Below, piece by piece: positions 44,454 through 45,132 of a DNA stretch of 45,132 nucleotides. Origin of the DNA: Oscillibacter sp. ER4 (GTDB taxonomy: Bacteria; Bacillota; Clostridia; Oscillospirales; Oscillospiraceae). A model generated the notes under the pieces. It had not been told where the DNA came from and searched no databases. It saw only the letters and a program-made list of their open reading frames with translations. Within the stretch, counting starts at the first letter, position 1. Each line of letters opens with the position of its first letter. A program made the translations under genes and the position numbers. The stretch spans positions 1 through 45,132 of the forward strand of contig CAVFND010000001.1 in assembly GCA_963623615.1 (NCBI GenBank), in the 5' to 3' direction.

Positions 44454-45132
44454 AGGCTTCCCTCCGTGTTGCCGTAGTCGTAGACAAATGGCTTATTCTG
44501 CGGTGCTTTGCCCCCCTTGTCCTGCTCCCTCGCAAGCCAAGAAGTGATAAAGCGTTTTATCCCGCCGCGCGTCTTTCTCTTCGATGGGTTCGCATCGCAC
44601 CATCCCACCATGTTCCTGAGCTGCTGCAGAACGTCAACGTTCGGATAGAGCTGCGACCATTTGGCCCTGTCGTTCTCCGACACGTCGAAAAAGGTTCCGT
44701 CATTCAGCGGCAAAGAAATCACCGGCGGCGCGCCAGCCGCTTGCGGTTCAGCGCATAATATGTACTCTTCTTTACTCTTCTCTACTCTACTTTTCTCTAC
44801 TTTACTTTGTCGCTCGATGTCGGTATTTTGGGAAAAAATGTTTACATTTTTCGCAGAAATGTTTACATTGGGCAAAATTCGGGCAACATCGACCAGAAGG
44901 ATGTTGTAATCGACTTCAAGAGTTTTACGGCGGCTGACTGCCTCGAAGTACCTTTCCTGTATGCCCTTAGAAGTCAATACGTGGTACTTGTCATACTTCT
45001 CTTTATCGAACATCCCTCGCCTGATAGAAGCCTCTATTATTTCGGAAACGACGCTCCCACCCAACCCGACCTTGCGAGCGAACAAAAGCGCAACCTCCTC
45101 TGTCCATTCAATGTAGTAACCCGCCTTACCGT
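44450..45132 (-). CDS. Replication initiator (DUF4373-like), 3' part
   Basis: VLTSKGIQERY motif; C-terminal WCDANPSKRKT...FITSWL domain; upstream of the loader. Confidence 0.85.
   Translation of the reverse strand, partial: GKAGYYIEWTEEVALLFARKVGLGGSVVSEIIEASIRRGMFDKEKYDKYHVLTSKGIQERYFEAVSRRKTLEVDYNILLVDVARILPNVNISAKNVNIFSQNTDIERQSKVEKSRVEKSKEEYILCAEPQAAGAPPVISLPLNDGTFFDVSENDRAKWSQLYPNVDVLQQLRNMVGWCDANPSKRKTRGGIKRFITSWLAREQDKGGKAPQNKPFVYDYGNTEGSL
44763..44869. repeat. Probable replication origin repeats inside the initiator gene
   Basis: AAATGTTTACATT twice (44836, 44857) plus 5/10-nt periodic TACTC(T/Y) repeats, AT-rich. Confidence 0.5.

Noticed and set aside
45078..45132. 55-bp terminal repeat as a biological DTR or att site
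   Set aside because: It falls mid-gene and its length matches a common assembler k-mer, so it is a circularisation overlap

Overview
The window is an apparently complete, circularly assembled genome (~45.08 kb; positions 1-55 repeat at 45078-45132) of a high-GC temperate, podovirus-like phage, probably of a gut Clostridia host (inferred from gene content). Nearly all genes are on the minus strand. In transcription order these are: cro/antirepressor/xis, a YqaJ-RecT-SSB recombination set, replication initiator and DnaC-like loader, accessory genes with two DNA methyltransferases, terminase, portal, a Prp-like protease, scaffold and N4-gp56-type capsid, tail fibre/receptor-binding genes, podoviral tail genes, ejection proteins including a ~2800-aa polyvalent protein, lysis genes and a six-gene module of unknown function. 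cI, a membrane protein and the tyrosine integrase are on the plus strand, followed by a probable attP. The most notable signals are: (1) terL is interrupted inside its Walker A motif by GGT-TA-GGC, which a 5-nt stop-codon hop would repair exactly; (2) a dual-frame, circularly permuted C5 methyltransferase whose two overlapping products are both broken by one extra G in a G8 tract; (3) a six-gene module with HTH, coiled-coil, beta-sandwich and ferritin-like genes after the lysis genes; (4) a structured RNA-like cassette between cI and cro; (5) a phage-specific promoter motif, CCGTGGTGA-N19-(-10), found four times. All family assignments come from motif recognition, not database searches.
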